Positions 60,481 through 64,000 of a stretch of 64,000 nt of DNA are shown in pieces (position 1 is the first letter of the stretch; every line of letters begins with the position of its first letter). Source of the stretch: Corallochytrium limacisporum Hawaii (Eukaryota > Protista > Pluriformea); contig PDIP01000145.1 in NCBI GenBank assembly GCA_002811645.1, forward strand, positions 64,772 to 128,771. The letters run 5' to 3'. The translations under genes and the position numbers were made by a program. The notes under the pieces were generated by a model. The model saw only the letters and a list, made by a program, of their open reading frames with translations, searched no databases and was not told the origin of the DNA.

Positions 60481-62922
60481 CTATAAGCCGTCCGGAATAC
60501 AAGCTTCGATCACGCCGCAAGAGTCGCCATCTCCGCATTGGACACAGGTGTTCGGATTATCCTGGTCGCACTGGCAGCCACCGTCAGCGCACTCAGCACA
60601 GTCAGTCGAGTCTGCGTCAAACCAACAAGTTTGGCCGGTATGCCTGACAGTCCACTCGTTAAGAGTGCAACCGCCATTGTCGCCACCGTTGTCACCCCCG
60701 TTGTCACCGCCGTTGTCGCCGCCGTTGTCGCCGCCGTTGTCGCCACCGTTATCGCCACCGTTATCGCCACCGTCGGGCTCACATGCTTCAGCGGCCGCGC
60801 ATGCTTCCTCAAAACCATCGCCGCACGGGACGCAAACTCTGTGATTGTTTACGTTACAGCCGCAACCACCGTTTTTACACAAGGCACAGTCATCTCGGTT
60901 AGCGTCAAACCAACAAGTGTCGCCTCCGGGGCTGAGTGTCCATTCGTTGAGAGTGCAGTCACCGCCATTGTCACCGCCATTGTCACCGCCATTGTCACCA
61001 CCATCCCCAGAGTCATCGATTGAACCGTATTCGTATGTCACACCTGCGCTGGCGGCGATCAACGCTCGCTGTCCATCATTAGAGAGGACAGCGCCCGCTG
61101 ATGTGCCGTCTACCGCAGCTGGGAGAGTGATACCTTCTAGGGGAACATTACAGGAGGCATTGGTGCGGATGCTGACGTAGGTTACGATGCCTTCACCGCT
61201 GCGCTGCAGTACAACCTCGGGGTTGCAGTTGTTAAGAGCAGCGCGTGCCCGGAAAATATGGGCAATATCGTCTTGCTTGAAGGAGCGGATGGGCAGTGTC
61301 AGATACTCATGGATAGTCTCGGCCAATGTGCTGACATGGAGAGACACCAGGCTGTTAGTGGAACCAGAGATGGGATTGGTGTTCATGTTAGCCTGATGGT
61401 ACATTAGGGGATCCTGGCGCAGGGCCATGATTGGCGGACCCAATTCCACCGTAGCTTCATAATCCATCTGTTCTTCGATGCTGTTGAAGGTGAATCCCCA
61501 ACCGTTCACGATGTTCAGATTCTGTTCCGGTGTTGCCGCGTTCCAAATGATGAATGTGGGATGCCGTGGGATGAGCGTGACGCCAGCGTATCCATTGGTC
61601 TGAACAGTGGAAGTCCAAGGAAGATAGTTACGGCGGGTAGATTCTGTGTAGCTGTGTTCCGGGTTACCATTGTCGGTGAGTCCATTGTTTATGCCAAGTC
61701 GAGCCATTGCCATCAAGACGTCGCCGTTTTGCATGCCGGAGTATTGGCCGCACAGTAGGGAATTGGGTGACCATGTACTGTAGCCACGCAGACCGAGAAC
61801 GTCCTCTGCAATGTGTTTGTTGTACAATATTTCAAGTTCCGTATCTCCATCGCTGAGCACCGCCATATTGGCATGGGTCATGGTGTGGCTATACCAGTTG
61901 AAGCCCTCTTTCCAGCTGCTCGATTGGGCCGCTTGGGCGAGAGGAAAGGCGTCCACCCAACCCTGCCAGAAGCTCTGATCATTCCACCAATTGTCGGGCC
62001 AAGGATTCACGTACTTGTCGGAATTAGTACCAGCCAGTGAAAACGCATCCACGTCCTTTGCACTGGAATCGTAAGCACCCCATTCAAAGCTGCTGGTCAC
62101 TCCGCCGAGCGCGATGCCCATGCCATTGAATACCAGGTCGAGCCTGATGGCGTCACCGTACGCAGAATTGTGGGAGTCCTGCCAATTCAAATGCCAGCTG
62201 ACCTCATCCACAGAAACCTGCTCTGTGTCATTAAGGAAGAAGTCGTCAATCTGGGGTGAAACATTAAGCTGGCGAGTACCAACGAAGGATCCTCGCGTAA
62301 CCCATTGAAGTGCCAAGTGCTGCAAAGCCAGCCCTTCCATGTAGCTTGAGTTAAGATCACTTAGGACGTACAGGACGAGACCAGCGTTATCCTCAAACAC
62401 CACAGCTCTGGATGTATTGGACCCGGTGGATACGAGGGTACGGTATCCCGACTGACTGTTGATGTAGTCAAAGTTTAGCGACGGAGCAGGCCAGGCCTGC
62501 CCGCGATTAATAACGCCGCTAGCAAAGGCAGTGTTAGTGGCATTGGGACGCAGGGTATTCTCCGACGTAGCGATGCGGCTGTTATTGATGGGTCCACCCC
62601 AATTCAAGGCTATCCAGCGGGCGCCGTACTGAGAGCTGTAGCTGGTGATGGTGTTCGCGACAGGAGAACTTACCGAGCCGAGAGTGATAATGCAGTCGTA
62701 GTTGCCGACACCATTGCTGGACAGTGAACCACTGTTGACTACACTGAGGTAGGTCATGGGCATACCAGTCCCTTTGAAGACCTGAAGACCATCTCCATTG
62801 AAATTGTTAATCACTGCGCATCCTGCCTTGGTGGGTGAGTATGCTGTGGTCACAGCAGCGCAAAACAAGATCAACAGGGCCAGCCAGCAGACCGGGTGAT
62901 CGCGATACTGAGCGCTTGACAT
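60481..62922 (-). CDS. Agd3-like (CE18) de-N-acetylase, paralog 3; predicted secreted, with two 10-Cys modules joined by (GGDN)n linkers
   Basis: 813 aa. Signal peptide (VCWLALLILFCAAVTTA). Motifs QIDDFFL, WYSHTMTH, IPRHPT, LRQDPLMYHQAN. No C-terminal TM or hydrophobic GPI signal. Confidence 0.87.
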   Translation of the reverse strand: MSSAQYRDHPVCWLALLILFCAAVTTAYSPTKAGCAVINNFNGDGLQVFKGTGMPMTYLSVVNSGSLSSNGVGNYDCIITLGSVSSPVANTITSYSSQYGARWIALNWGGPINNSRIATSENTLRPNATNTAFASGVINRGQAWPAPSLNFDYINSQSGYRTLVSTGSNTSRAVVFEDNAGLVLYVLSDLNSSYMEGLALQHLALQWVTRGSFVGTRQLNVSPQIDDFFLNDTEQVSVDEVSWHLNWQDSHNSAYGDAIRLDLVFNGMGIALGGVTSSFEWGAYDSSAKDVDAFSLAGTNSDKYVNPWPDNWWNDQSFWQGWVDAFPLAQAAQSSSWKEGFNWYSHTMTHANMAVLSDGDTELEILYNKHIAEDVLGLRGYSTWSPNSLLCGQYSGMQNGDVLMAMARLGINNGLTDNGNPEHSYTESTRRNYLPWTSTVQTNGYAGVTLIPRHPTFIIWNAATPEQNLNIVNGWGFTFNSIEEQMDYEATVELGPPIMALRQDPLMYHQANMNTNPISGSTNSLVSLHVSTLAETIHEYLTLPIRSFKQDDIAHIFRARAALNNCNPEVVLQRSGEGIVTYVSIRTNASCNVPLEGITLPAAVDGTSAGAVLSNDGQRALIAASAGVTYEYGSIDDSGDGGDNGGDNGGDNGGDCTLNEWTLSPGGDTCWFDANRDDCALCKNGGCGCNVNNHRVCVPCGDGFEEACAAAEACEPDGGDNGGDNGGDNGGDNGGDNGGDNGGDNGGDNGGCTLNEWTVRHTGQTCWFDADSTDCAECADGGCQCDQDNPNTCVQCGDGDSCGVIEACIPDGL
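60670..60772 (-). repeat. 12-bp coding minisatellite encoding a (GGDN)~8 linker; a shorter (GGDN)~3 array lies at ~60958-61000
   Basis: Degenerate 12-mers such as gccaccgttgtc/gccgccgttgtc on the plus strand, in frame in paralog 3. Confidence 0.9.
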
Positions 62923-64000
62923 ATTGATAGGGTCACGTTGTTCTTGTTAGAATTTAAGTCTTTGCATAGTATTGCTGTTCATGAACTTTTGTTTTCAAAT
63001 AGAGAGTACTATAGAACCAAACTGTAAGCTCAAAATCCAAACCAGGTCCTCGGTTGAAAGATCCTGTTCTATTGGTCCGGGTGATGCAAGTGTTCGATCC
63101 TCAGAATACTCGATATGAATACCTTAATTTACAAAGACGAACAAACAGACAACATAGAAGCTTGTATGACACCATTCATGGCGTACCTAACATTTAAACA
63201 GTGACACACGAAGAATTCTGCCGGAGGCCTATCGCTTCGACCTTCCCATGCGATATATCGCCGAACTCACCCCGCGTTTCCCCTTTCCCCCCTTCCCCCC
63301 TTCTCCCTGGCCCACCACTGCCACCCCGCGAATTGCCAACTCCCTTGCAAGTTTGTGGTGTTTCGGTATTGTGAAACCGATTGGATTCCCGACCATATGT
63401 TGGATGCTCTTATGCATCCGTAGCGTGCGCATGCAGGAATGCGCTCCCTGTACCAACATTGAGACGGCTCACCTCAAGATAGCAGCCATAAACACTCAGA
63501 CCGTACTGCTTAGTGTCTTAAACATGGAGCAAAAACCCAGAACCTCCCTATTTTAACGAGTGGCATCTCCCTTTGCATCTCGAATGTGCACCCATACGTT
63601 ACATAAAGGATTGATGCGCACGGCATCCCCTGTCCAGATCTCTTATCCTCATCTTCCATCTAACTCTCCTAGGATTCATCGTCCGAAGAAATTGGGGAGC
63701 CCTCAGTCAACCGCGGTCAAAGCGGAACGTAGGCGTTCTGTATGAGGGCCACGACGGAGGGATTCCTGGGCACTGCTCGGTGGGTCGGCCACGGGCCCTT
63801 CTCCTCCTCCCAGTGCAAAATTTGCTGACCATGCCGGCCCCTCCTCCAATTCCCTTTTCACGTTTTCATTTGAGAGAAGGCGTATGCTCAATTCACTGGA
63901 CCACAGTAAGGCAAGACACCTGTGATGTGTACAGGCGATGCTCTGTACTATTCTGTCAGGGAAACGCCCACCGACAAAAAGGAAACTTCCGTCCTGGGGA

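Overview
Eukaryotic nuclear DNA from a draft assembly (7 N-gaps, many microsatellites and G/C homopolymers) with long, apparently intronless genes. The organism is probably an intron-poor unicellular opisthokont or similar protist (inference only). Nine supportable CDSs: a GT54/MGAT4-like GlcNAc-transferase with an (EQ)n tail; an unknown 4-TM protein; a Maf/CNC-like basic-region transcription factor with no leucine zipper and a 6-Cys cluster; then a minus-strand run of a signal-anchored pirin, a divergent DMT-like multipass protein, an MFS sugar porter and three paralogous Agd3-like (CE18) polysaccharide de-N-acetylases. Two of the deacetylases are type-I membrane proteins from a ~6 kb tandem duplication with mosaic identity; the third looks secreted. 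All three carry a ~56-59 aa 10-cysteine module with fixed spacing that I cannot assign to a known domain. This is the best candidate for an undescribed surface-glycan remodelling system. The 23 kb gene-poor stretch upstream of the transcription factor holds heavily decayed Ty3/gypsy-like integrase remnants. All family calls come from motif recognition; no searches were run.
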